From a virus: a stretch of 64,000 nt of DNA. The position numbers and the translations under genes are program-made. The DNA is taken from positions 51,812 to 115,811 of the IMG/VR virus record IMGVR_UViG_3300042090_003221; one strand, written 5' to 3'. The notes beneath the pieces are model-generated. The model saw only the letters and a list, made by a program, of their open reading frames with translations, ran no database searches and had not been told where the DNA came from. Of the stretch, positions 39,925-47,889 are shown piece by piece. Every line of letters begins with the position of its first letter. Within the stretch, counting starts at the first letter, position 1.

Positions 39925-39980
39925 TCGCTACACGGCGTGCTGAAACCGCTTGACCGGTATCGCTACCGCATGTAGCGATA
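39925..39980 (+). promoter_or_regulatory. OL operator / PL-like promoter
   Basis: Perfect TATCGCTAC-N5-GTAGCGATA at 39958-39980, directly after TTGACC (39950); half-site at 39925. Confidence 0.75.
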
Positions 39981-40865
39981 AGCCATCGACGCAGCCGAGA
40001 GCAAGCAGATGGCGACCGAAACCCACGCAGACCTAGACGCCTTCCTCGACGCCGAGGATTTCGCGCTCGACCAGCGCCGGGCCGCCGTTCGCGCCGCCTC
40101 TCCCGCGATCACCTACGCCGATGATGAGGATGACGAAGAGGCCGAGGCGTGGTCGCGGCAACTGCTTTCCACGCGTGCCTGCGCGCAAAGCAAGCTTTGA
40201 CTGGAGTAACAACCATGACCGACTTCGCAACCTACCACGCCGCTACCTCTCTCGCTTCCGATCTCCACGCCAAGCTTGATGCCATCCGTGCCGATGCGGC
40301 CAAGCGCGGCGGATACTCCACCACAGACATGGAAGACATTCTGATGGCCGAAGTTGGCGTCGAGCGCGTGCTGCGCCGGCTGCTGCGCCTGACGCAGATG
40401 GCCGCGAACGCCGAAGCGCCCGCCCTCAACATCGCTGCGGAGTAGCAAACATGCGCCTGACTTATGCTCTCGCCGATCTCGCAATCGACTGCGTCGGAGC
40501 CCTGGGCATCATGGTCGTCCTGATCGTGGTTTTCTCGTGAATCCGTTCCAAATCCCGGCAGTCGGCGATATCGAGCCGGTCATGACCGAAGCTGACCGCG
40601 AGGCCGCGGTCGACCGGGTCGTCAAGGCGTGCTGCGGCTCCTACACGATGCATACCGCGCTGACCGTGGCGAGCGGGCTCGGGCTCAAGTTGCTCAAGAT
40701 CGGATATCCTCGGATCCAGCGCGCGCTCAATGACGCCCGCGCCGCGCAAGAGGCCGCGGAGCGCGCCGCGAAGAGTTTCCCCACTGGCTTGGACGCCAAC
40801 TAGCGCGCGGCGGCGGGTTCAATCAACCGCTCCCGGCGGACCCGGGAATTTAAAGGGAAGTCCAA

Positions 40866-41279
40866 ATGAAGCTTACTCTCGCCCTCGCGGCGCTTCTGAT
40901 CGCGGCGCCCGCGTTCGCCCAAGATTATCAGAAGGTCCGAAACGCGCCCAGCCTCGGCGACTACAACGCGAAGCTGGAGGAGGTTCATGTCTCCCCGATC
41001 AACGCTGACGCGCTGCATGGTTCGCCACTGGTCGCTGTCATCAACAAGACCCATTCCGCGATCCGCGAGATCTCCTGCGACGGCCATCTCTGGGGCACGC
41101 TGGCTATCGCGGTCCCGGGCGGCCGTATCCCCTCGGGCGGCATCGGCATCGTCAACTTCGACAAGGGCAACTGCAACAAGGGCCTCCACGTCAAGACCGG
41201 CGACGGCCAACTCCACGACGTCCCGGGTCAGGACGTCAGCGCCCTGACCATCCTGACGATCGAATCCGAGGAGTGGTGA
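40866..41279 (+). CDS. Secreted/periplasmic protein
   Basis: Signal peptide MKLTLALAALLIAAPAFA; two cysteines. Confidence 0.7.
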   Translation: MKLTLALAALLIAAPAFAQDYQKVRNAPSLGDYNAKLEEVHVSPINADALHGSPLVAVINKTHSAIREISCDGHLWGTLAIAVPGGRIPSGGIGIVNFDKGNCNKGLHVKTGDGQLHDVPGQDVSALTILTIESEEW

Positions 41280-41726
41280 TGAGCCGGAGCGACGACAAGG
41301 CGTCGACGGCCGGAGAGGCCGTCGGCAAGGCCGTCGACGCCGCGGCTAGCGTCGTCACCGGCGGCGTCGACCTCGCGAAAGGCGCTATTGCGGATCCCGC
41401 GGGAACCGCGCGCGGACTGCTCGGAAAGGCGGGCAGATTCTTGTCCGGCTTAGCCGAGAAGCCGAAGGACAAGTAACCGCCCGGCCCCGAGCGGAATTTT
41501 CGGGGCCAACCCTTTTAGGACATTTTCAGGAGGTCGAGTTGGTCAGGCTTAAATCGTTTTCGTTCTGGAACATGCTCGCTGCGATTGCTGCGACGCTGCT
41601 CGGCGTCACGGCGTTTTCTGTGGTGTCGGTCTTGATCGCGCTCATCGCCGTCACACTCATCGTCCTGCTTTGGTTGATCTCCTGGGTTGAGGGACAGCGC
41701 AGCGCCATCGCATATGGAGTTGCGAA

Positions 41727-42734
41727 ATGAACGCGCACACGCAGGCCCCTGTCGATCCGTGGTCGCACTGGCGCGACGCTATCGCGGCTCGCAAGCAGGT
41801 CGATATGCCGGTCAACGAGGTCGCGCTCGGCTACTATCGCGCCCGTGATGGTGAGTGCGTTGCGTTCCTGCCTGATGGCGCCGGTCATATCTACGTCTGG
41901 CGCACGAGCGATTGGCCGCCGCCGAAGCATTGGGACGCCGTCGTCGAGCTGTTCGCGAAGGTCTGCCTCCGCCCGGTCAGCCATGAGGACGCGACACATT
42001 ACGGCGAGCACGGCCGCTGGCCGGAGGAGGTCGCGCCCGTCGAGGTCGACGCCTCGCTGCCGCCGCACGAACAGGCGGACGCCAAGATCACTGCGCAGCG
42101 CGCGGCTATGGTGGCGTGGCTCAAGGAAACCGGCGAGATCAAGACGCAGGAGCAAGCGGACAAGTGCGGCAACTTCGCCGACACCTTCCACAAGATCTGG
42201 CAGGAGGCAGAAGCCGCCCGCAAGGCTGAGAAAAAGCCGCACGATGAAGCGGGGGCCGCGGTCCAGAAGAAGTGGGTTCCCGTCGTTGACCGCGCGAATG
42301 AGCTGAAGGTCTACGCGAAGAAGGCCACGGAACCGTTCCTGATCGCCGAGAAGGCGCGCATCGCCGCGGAGGAGAAAGCCGCCGCCGAAGCCCGCGCCAA
42401 GGCCGCGCGCGAGGCCAAGGAGGCCGCCGACGCCGCCGCGATAGCTGCCGCGAGCGCTGCCGCCGCCGCGGGCGAGCCGGCGCCCCTTCCTGTAGCCGCT
42501 CCCGCGCCGGTGTTCGCGCCGCCGCCGCAGAAAGCCAAGGCCGGACGGGTGCATCTGCGCACGCGCACGGTCCATGAGATCACCGATATGCGCAAGTTTC
42601 TCGCGCATCTCGCCGACATGAACGAGATCCCGCGCGAAATCACTGACGCATTCCAGCTGATCGTCAACCGCTGGCGCTTCGCCGGCGTCGAAGTCCCGGG
42701 CGTCGAAGCCAAGACCGTCGAGGGGGCCGCGTAA
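41727..42734 (+). CDS. Coiled-coil phage protein of the recombination module
   Basis: EAARKAEKKPH..AG..VQ motif; upstream of HNH and bet. Confidence 0.6.
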   Translation: MNAHTQAPVDPWSHWRDAIAARKQVDMPVNEVALGYYRARDGECVAFLPDGAGHIYVWRTSDWPPPKHWDAVVELFAKVCLRPVSHEDATHYGEHGRWPEEVAPVEVDASLPPHEQADAKITAQRAAMVAWLKETGEIKTQEQADKCGNFADTFHKIWQEAEAARKAEKKPHDEAGAAVQKKWVPVVDRANELKVYAKKATEPFLIAEKARIAAEEKAAAEARAKAAREAKEAADAAAIAAASAAAAAGEPAPLPVAAPAPVFAPPPQKAKAGRVHLRTRTVHEITDMRKFLAHLADMNEIPREITDAFQLIVNRWRFAGVEVPGVEAKTVEGAA

Positions 42735-42735
42735 G

Positions 42736-43308
42736 GTGAATTCGATCTGCGCTGTCACTAACTGCCAAGGCGTCGTGACGGCGAAGGGCTATTGCGATCG
42801 GCATTACCGACGCTTTCGCGTTCATGGAGACCCGCTCGGTGGCCGAACAGTTCCGGGTGAGCTGACCGCGTTCGTCGAAATGGCGGCGAAGTGCAAAGAC
42901 GAAGAATGCCTCATGTGGCCATTCGGCCGGAATAGCGGCGGATACGGCGTGGTCAAATATCAAGGCAAACAAGACGGGGCGCACAGGGTGATTTGCAAGA
43001 TCGTCAACGGAGCGCCACCGACTCCTGAGCATCAGGCCGCGCATTCTTGCGGGAAGGGCAAAAGCGGCTGTGTAAACGGATCACACCTTCGCTGGGCAAC
43101 TCCGCAAGAAAATTCTGACGACAAGGCTGTTCATCAGACCGTGTCCAGGGGGGAGTCTGTGTTTGGCGCAAAACTCACAGAAACAGACGTCAGGGCAATT
43201 CGATCGACGCCGGGGATAAATCAAAGTGAGATGGCTAAGAAGCTAGGCGTCACAGTGTCTGCGGTGAACTTTGTTGTAACAGGCAAAACATGGAGGCACG
43301 TTCAATGA
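42736..43308 (+). CDS. HNH homing endonuclease
   Basis: C..WP...GYG...AHR...AAHSCG...CVNGSHL.W...EN; C-terminal HTH; lower GC. Confidence 0.85.
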   Translation: MNSICAVTNCQGVVTAKGYCDRHYRRFRVHGDPLGGRTVPGELTAFVEMAAKCKDEECLMWPFGRNSGGYGVVKYQGKQDGAHRVICKIVNGAPPTPEHQAAHSCGKGKSGCVNGSHLRWATPQENSDDKAVHQTVSRGESVFGAKLTETDVRAIRSTPGINQSEMAKKLGVTVSAVNFVVTGKTWRHVQ

Positions 43309-44450
43309 GTAACATCACTACGCTACCCGCCGCACGCAAGGACATTGTGACGAGCGTCTCTTTCAACGATCTGCGCTTGCCGTATCACGAAGCATTCGCC
43401 GATGGGTTCGGAATCGACAACATTCGTTGGAAGGTTTTGATCGACACGGTTTTCCCGACAGCGAAGACGGTCGATTCGATCGCGATGGCTCTTTCCTATT
43501 GCAAACAGCGAAGCCTCGATCCTTTCAAAAAACCGATTCATATCGTGCCGATGTATTCCACCGCTAAGCGTGAATACGTCGAGACGGTCTGGCCCGGGAT
43601 CTCCGAGCTGCGCACCACAGCAACGCGGACGGGCGAATATGCGGGATGCGACGCCGCCGTGTTCGGCCCGACGATCAAGCGCGAGTTCAAAGGCATCGGC
43701 GAGGTCTGGGAAAACCGCCAGAAGGTTGAACGCGAAGTCAGCGTCACCGTCGAATATCCGGAGTGGTGTCAGGTCACCATTCATCGCGCGATCCGCGGGC
43801 AGCGCGTCGCTTTCGTTGGCCCGAAAGTCTTCTGGACTGAGTCCTACGCGCGCCGCGGCAAAGCCGACATTCCGAATGAAATGTGGTGCAAGCGTCCGTT
43901 CGGTCAGATCGAAAAATGCGCCGAGGCCGCCGCGCTGCGCCGCGCCTTTCCCGAGGAAATCGGCAACGAGTACACCGCCGACGAGATGGAAGGGCAGATC
44001 CTGTTCAGCGCGCCCGCGGCCGCTGAGCAGCCGGCGAAGTCGAAGCTCCCCCCGACGCCCCCGCCGCCGGCTTTGGAAAAGCCCCGTCCCGAGACCGACG
44101 AGCGCGCCGAGACGCGCTCGCCTGATGTCGGCGCCGGGAAACCCAAGGTCCCGCCCGGCCCTCCGCCTGTCGTCAGTAGCGGCAGAACGCCTCCGCCTCC
44201 GCCTCCGCCTCCGCCGCCCAGCGCCGGCGCGCCGAAGTCCGACGCGAATCCGGCCGCGCCCTTCAGCTTCGACGCCTACCTGGGCAAGTTCCGCAAGGCT
44301 ATCGTCGCCTCGAATACGCAGGATGAGGCGAACGCCACCTACGACCGCATGGTCCTGAAGGGCGCGTACAAGTTCAGCGACGACGAGACGACCGAATTCG
44401 ACAGCATCCTCTCCGAGGAATGCGAGCGGTTCTGGACGCCGGAGAGCTGA
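43305..44450 (+). CDS. bet: Single-strand annealing recombinase (Bet/RecT family)
   Basis: LDPFKKPIHIVP, GISELRTTATRTGEYAG, QIEKCAEAAALRRAFPE. Confidence 0.88.
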   Translation: MSNITTLPAARKDIVTSVSFNDLRLPYHEAFADGFGIDNIRWKVLIDTVFPTAKTVDSIAMALSYCKQRSLDPFKKPIHIVPMYSTAKREYVETVWPGISELRTTATRTGEYAGCDAAVFGPTIKREFKGIGEVWENRQKVEREVSVTVEYPEWCQVTIHRAIRGQRVAFVGPKVFWTESYARRGKADIPNEMWCKRPFGQIEKCAEAAALRRAFPEEIGNEYTADEMEGQILFSAPAAAEQPAKSKLPPTPPPPALEKPRPETDERAETRSPDVGAGKPKVPPGPPPVVSSGRTPPPPPPPPPPSAGAPKSDANPAAPFSFDAYLGKFRKAIVASNTQDEANATYDRMVLKGAYKFSDDETTEFDSILSEECERFWTPES

Positions 44451-44454
44451 CGCG

Positions 44455-44664
44455 ATGGGGACCACGAGCAAGGAAACGCTCCAAGTCGTGCTGCACAAGC
44501 GGACCGAGAAAGCCGTGCTCGTGAGCACGGACGGCAAGGAGCCGTCCGCGGTCTGGCTCCCGCTGGGCCAGATCGAAATCGAGGACGGAGCGGCAGCCGG
44601 TGACGGAGTCTTTTACGACGTCATTGCGCCTGTCTGGCTTCTCGAAAACAGGGGGCTTATCTGA
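44455..44664 (+). CDS. Small phage protein
   Basis: TEKAVLV...VWLP..QIE...PVWL..RGL. Confidence 0.6.
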   Translation: MGTTSKETLQVVLHKRTEKAVLVSTDGKEPSAVWLPLGQIEIEDGAAAGDGVFYDVIAPVWLLENRGLI

Positions 44665-45089
44665 TGGCGCGCGCCCTGCTCATCCTCGCAAGCGACACCC
44701 AACGCGCCACCGCGCGCCGTTGGCTCGAACAGGCGCCGCCGGGAAGCCGAATCGAGTTCAAAGGTCCGGTACGCACGCTCCCTCAGAGCGCGAAAATGTG
44801 GGCGATGCTCACCGACGTCGCGACGCAGAAAGAGCACTGCGGCCGCAGGTATGTCGCCGACGACTGGAAGATCCTGTTCATGCACGCGCTTGGGCGCGAG
44901 GCTCGCTTCATCCCAGCCCTCGACGGACACGGCTTCATTCCGATCGGCCAAAGCTCGTCGGACCTTTCGAAGGAAGAGATGAGCGACCTGATCGAATTTA
45001 TGACCGCGTGGGGCGCCGAGAAGGGCGTTGAATGGACGGATCCGGCGCTGCCGCCCGGCCTGGAATGCAACCCGAGGGACGCAGCATGA
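44664..45089 (+). CDS. ninB: NinB/Orf family recombination protein
   Basis: RTLPQSAKMWAMLTDVA; WK..F; SSDLSKEEMSDLIEF. Confidence 0.88.
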   Translation: MARALLILASDTQRATARRWLEQAPPGSRIEFKGPVRTLPQSAKMWAMLTDVATQKEHCGRRYVADDWKILFMHALGREARFIPALDGHGFIPIGQSSSDLSKEEMSDLIEFMTAWGAEKGVEWTDPALPPGLECNPRDAA

Positions 45090-45967
45090 ACATGAGAGAG
45101 ACCGTGATGTCGGCTGCGATGAAGGTCGCCTGCGTCGACACCGACGAGGCGCTCTTGCGCTCGATCGCCGTGGCCGAGCTTCAGCGCACCGACGTCAACG
45201 TTTATGCCGCGCTGACGCGCTTCACCAACGAAGTGCGCGGCGCCGGCGGCGTCTTGGCGAAGCTCATCCCCTACGGGGTGACGCGCGACCATGCGCGCGA
45301 ATATCTCAACCGCGTCGCGGCGGACATGCGCGGCGAGGGTGTGGTTCCTGCGAAAGCAGGCGACGGGGTCCGTGAAGGCTATGATAGCCATGGCGTCTTT
45401 GGCCCCGTCGATAATTCGGAAGGTGGAGGGTCCGCCGTCGTCGTGCGAGGCCAGAATACCTATGGCCCTTCGCCTTCCGATTCAGTTCCGGCGCAAGCCG
45501 GCGGGGGAGTCCTGATCGCCGATGAAAGCCACAAGCATTTTGGCTCCCCCGAACAAAGAGAAGACAAAGGGTCCGTTGGCTGTGTGGAAGTCCGGCACGG
45601 GTTTGGCCCCTCGTCTTCTCCCCCCAACAGGAACGGCGCGGTCCACCGCTCGAGTGACAACCGCCAGATGACCTCTGGCCGCGCCGTTCCTGTCCCCAAG
45701 CCTGCGCGCGGTCTGTCCGCGATGAAAGACTACGCTGCGGCGCGAACCTTGTTCGACACCTATCAAACCCGGCAAGGTCCGATTGGCGATCTTGTTTGGT
45801 CCGCGATCCCACGGATCATGTCCGAGAACACGCGTGAGGCCGCGCTGTTGAAGCTGATCTATCAGCACGCGAGGCCGGGCTACGCGAACGCCCGAGTCCG
45901 CGACGTGATCAAAGAAACCGATTTGCAGCGCATGATCAAGAAAGCGGCGGAGATCTCCAATGGTTAA
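45086..45967 (+). CDS. Tas-associated protein whose central linker is encoded by a five-unit guide array
   Basis: Coupled to ninB (ATGA); helical N- and C-terminal parts flank the array at 45361-45693. Confidence 0.65.
   Translation: MNMRETVMSAAMKVACVDTDEALLRSIAVAELQRTDVNVYAALTRFTNEVRGAGGVLAKLIPYGVTRDHAREYLNRVAADMRGEGVVPAKAGDGVREGYDSHGVFGPVDNSEGGGSAVVVRGQNTYGPSPSDSVPAQAGGGVLIADESHKHFGSPEQREDKGSVGCVEVRHGFGPSSSPPNRNGAVHRSSDNRQMTSGRAVPVPKPARGLSAMKDYAAARTLFDTYQTRQGPIGDLVWSAIPRIMSENTREAALLKLIYQHARPGYANARVRDVIKETDLQRMIKKAAEISNG
45361..45693 (+). ncRNA. Stem-loop TIGR-like array, units 1-5
   Basis: Units at 45361-45410, 45416-45480, 45502-45551, 45558-45620, 45627-45693; each is an inverted-repeat stem enclosing CCN-9nt-TG-loop-CCN-9nt-TG. 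Confidence 0.85.
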
Positions 45968-47198
45968 GCGCGCAGCAAAGAATTCTAGCGACGGGTCCGT
46001 GCTTATGCTGGCTTCACGTAAGCCTAGGATGCTGTTGGCCCGCTCGCTGGAAACCAAAACCGATAGCGGCGGGTCCGTTTCGAGAGCGATGGCCGTGAAA
46101 CCCATGGCCTGTCCACTATCGGCTCCCAAATCCAAGAAAACCGCCGACAGCGGGTCCGTAGGTGGCATGCCTCCCGCGAAGGATATGGCCCGCTCGTCGG
46201 CGGCTCCAAAATCCAAGAAAAGCGTCAGCGGCGGGTCCGGAATGTGTTTGAAGGCCAATGATCGTCTGGCCCGTCCGCTGACGCCTCCCGAACTCGACGT
46301 GATATGCACTCAAATCCAAGAGGCCCAAGTAGACCGGAAATACTCGATCCAGACCCAGGCCGGGATTATGCAGCGCCTATCCGCCCTCGCCGTCAGGGCG
46401 TGCGATCTCTCTCACGACGCCAACGAGGCGCAGCGCAAAGCCGCCTGGACGCGAGCGGAGCGCATTGTGAGCCGTGGGCTCAAGGGCGAAGTGCAAGATG
46501 ACGACGATGTCGAAATTGGCGCGACGCTCACCAAGTACTTCAAGATGGCGGCCGCCTCACTGAAGCCGGTCGCCGAATTCCGCAAAGAGATTGAACGGTT
46601 CATGAAGGCGAAGGCGGCACAGCTCCCCGGCTTCGCCATGACCGAGCGTGTCCCCAGCTTCAAGCCACTCGGATTGGCCGTCATCGTTGGCGAAGCCGGG
46701 AACCTCTCGAACTACGCGACCGAGCGCAAGCTCTGGCGGCGCCTTGGCTTCGGCATGGCGCCCGGCCACGAGGAGCATGCCTATTCGACGTGGAGGATGA
46801 TCAAGGGGTTGACAAGCGAGGATTGGACGGCCGCTGGCTACTCGCCAAAGCGCCTCGGCCAGATCTACGGCGTCGTCACGGTCCCGCTCGTCATGCACAA
46901 GGCCAAGAGCAAATATGGCGAGGTCTACGCCAAGCGCCGAGCGCGAACGCTGGAAACGCATCCGGAATGGTATCTCGACAAGAACGGCAAGCCGAAATTC
47001 GACAAGGACGGCAACCCGCGCAGCGCTCACGCGAGCATGGATGCGGCGCGCATCATGACGAAGGAATTGATTTCCGACCTGTGGTCGGAATGGAGGGGGT
47101 CCGTTTATCAGCTGGCGGAAACGCCCGCTTACCTTGTGGCCCCCTCCAAATCCATCCCCGCTGAAACGCGCCGCGTCGAAGAGGAGGAGCTGGTCTGA
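45960..47198 (+). CDS. Nop-domain/IS110-related RNA-binding protein lacking a nuclease domain (TasA-like)
   Basis: Coiled coil, then GLAVIVGEAGNLSNYATERKLWRRLGFG, Y..VY.KR, AHASMDAARIMTKELISDLWSEWR; no DEDD/RuvC or HNH motif seen. Confidence 0.8.
   Translation: MVKRAAKNSSDGSVLMLASRKPRMLLARSLETKTDSGGSVSRAMAVKPMACPLSAPKSKKTADSGSVGGMPPAKDMARSSAAPKSKKSVSGGSGMCLKANDRLARPLTPPELDVICTQIQEAQVDRKYSIQTQAGIMQRLSALAVRACDLSHDANEAQRKAAWTRAERIVSRGLKGEVQDDDDVEIGATLTKYFKMAAASLKPVAEFRKEIERFMKAKAAQLPGFAMTERVPSFKPLGLAVIVGEAGNLSNYATERKLWRRLGFGMAPGHEEHAYSTWRMIKGLTSEDWTAAGYSPKRLGQIYGVVTVPLVMHKAKSKYGEVYAKRRARTLETHPEWYLDKNGKPKFDKDGNPRSAHASMDAARIMTKELISDLWSEWRGSVYQLAETPAYLVAPSKSIPAETRRVEEEELV
45983..46284 (+). ncRNA. 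Stem-loop TIGR-like array, units 6-9
   Basis: Units at 45983-46052, 46060-46122, 46141-46203, 46222-46284; linker CTCC(C/A)AAATCCAAGAAAA repeated. Confidence 0.85.
47091..47148 (+). ncRNA. Solitary TIGR-like unit 10 in the 3' end of the tas gene
   Basis: TGGAGGGGGT-CCG-TTTATCAGC-TG-loop-CCG-CTTACCTTG-TG-GCCCCCTCCA. Confidence 0.8.
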
Positions 47199-47491
47199 TG
47201 ACCGCCCTCACGAGAGTCGTCTGGCGCGAGTGGTTCAACGCGCCGGCCGTCGCCCGAATGACCGAGATGCGCACGCTTCCGCGCGAGGAAGTCGAGCTGA
47301 ACCTCGCGCTCATCCGCGACGGCGCCGATCTCGCCGAGGCTATCGCGGAGGATGCGACGCAGGACGGGTCGGAGCTTTTCCGCTCCGAGACGGAGATCGT
47401 CATTCTCGAGCCGGCTGAATTCGCCGGCACGTACCGGGTCTGCGTCGACTACGAGCCAACCTATACGGCTTTTGCGGCGGATCTGGACTGA
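47198..47491 (+). CDS. Small acidic hypothetical protein
   Basis: TGATG coupling to the tas gene. Confidence 0.6.
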   Translation: MTALTRVVWREWFNAPAVARMTEMRTLPREEVELNLALIRDGADLAEAIAEDATQDGSELFRSETEIVILEPAEFAGTYRVCVDYEPTYTAFAADLD

Positions 47492-47889
47492 TGGCTCGCC
47501 AAGAATTCCGTCAGTCGGTCAAGATCGAGATCCGGTTGCGGGCGACGCGCGACAACGTCGTCTACTGCGAGATATGCGGACTCCCGGCGAAGAAGTGGCA
47601 TATCGACCATATCAAAGCGACCGCGCTCGAGGTCGACAAGAGCAAGCCACTGACTGCCGCTGACGGGCAACTCCTTTGCGCCGGCTCGCGCTTCAGTTGC
47701 CACGGGATCAAGACCGCCGAAGAAGACGTCCCGGCCATCGCGGAAGCAAAGCGCCGTCAGGCGCTACACCTGGGCGTCGAGCCGAAGACACAGAACCCGA
47801 TCAAACAGCGCCCCAAGGCGGAGAAGACGCCGCCGCGCCCGGCCGCTGCAGGCATGAGTGAAATCGCCAGAAGGTTTGGACTGCAATGA
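47491..47889 (+). CDS. HNH-like nuclease
   Basis: CEICG...IDHI...LC...CHGIKT..D..AIAEAKR. Confidence 0.8.
   Translation: MARQEFRQSVKIEIRLRATRDNVVYCEICGLPAKKWHIDHIKATALEVDKSKPLTAADGQLLCAGSRFSCHGIKTAEEDVPAIAEAKRRQALHLGVEPKTQNPIKQRPKAEKTPPRPAAAGMSEIARRFGLQ

Noticed and set aside
44401-44409. Self-target of unit 6 (ACAGCATCC, reverse complement of spacer B) in bet
   Set aside because: Neither flank matches spacer A, and a single 9-mer hit is expected by chance in 64 kb.
45361-46284. CRISPR array, or a set of terminators/REP elements
   Set aside because: No identical direct repeats, cas genes or U-tracts. The stems differ between units while the internal 9-nt geometry is fixed.
45960-47198. IS110/IS1111 transposase
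   Set aside because: Only the C-terminal Nop-like part is present. There is no DEDD RuvC domain and no IS ends, and the gene is coupled into a phage operon with multi-unit arrays.
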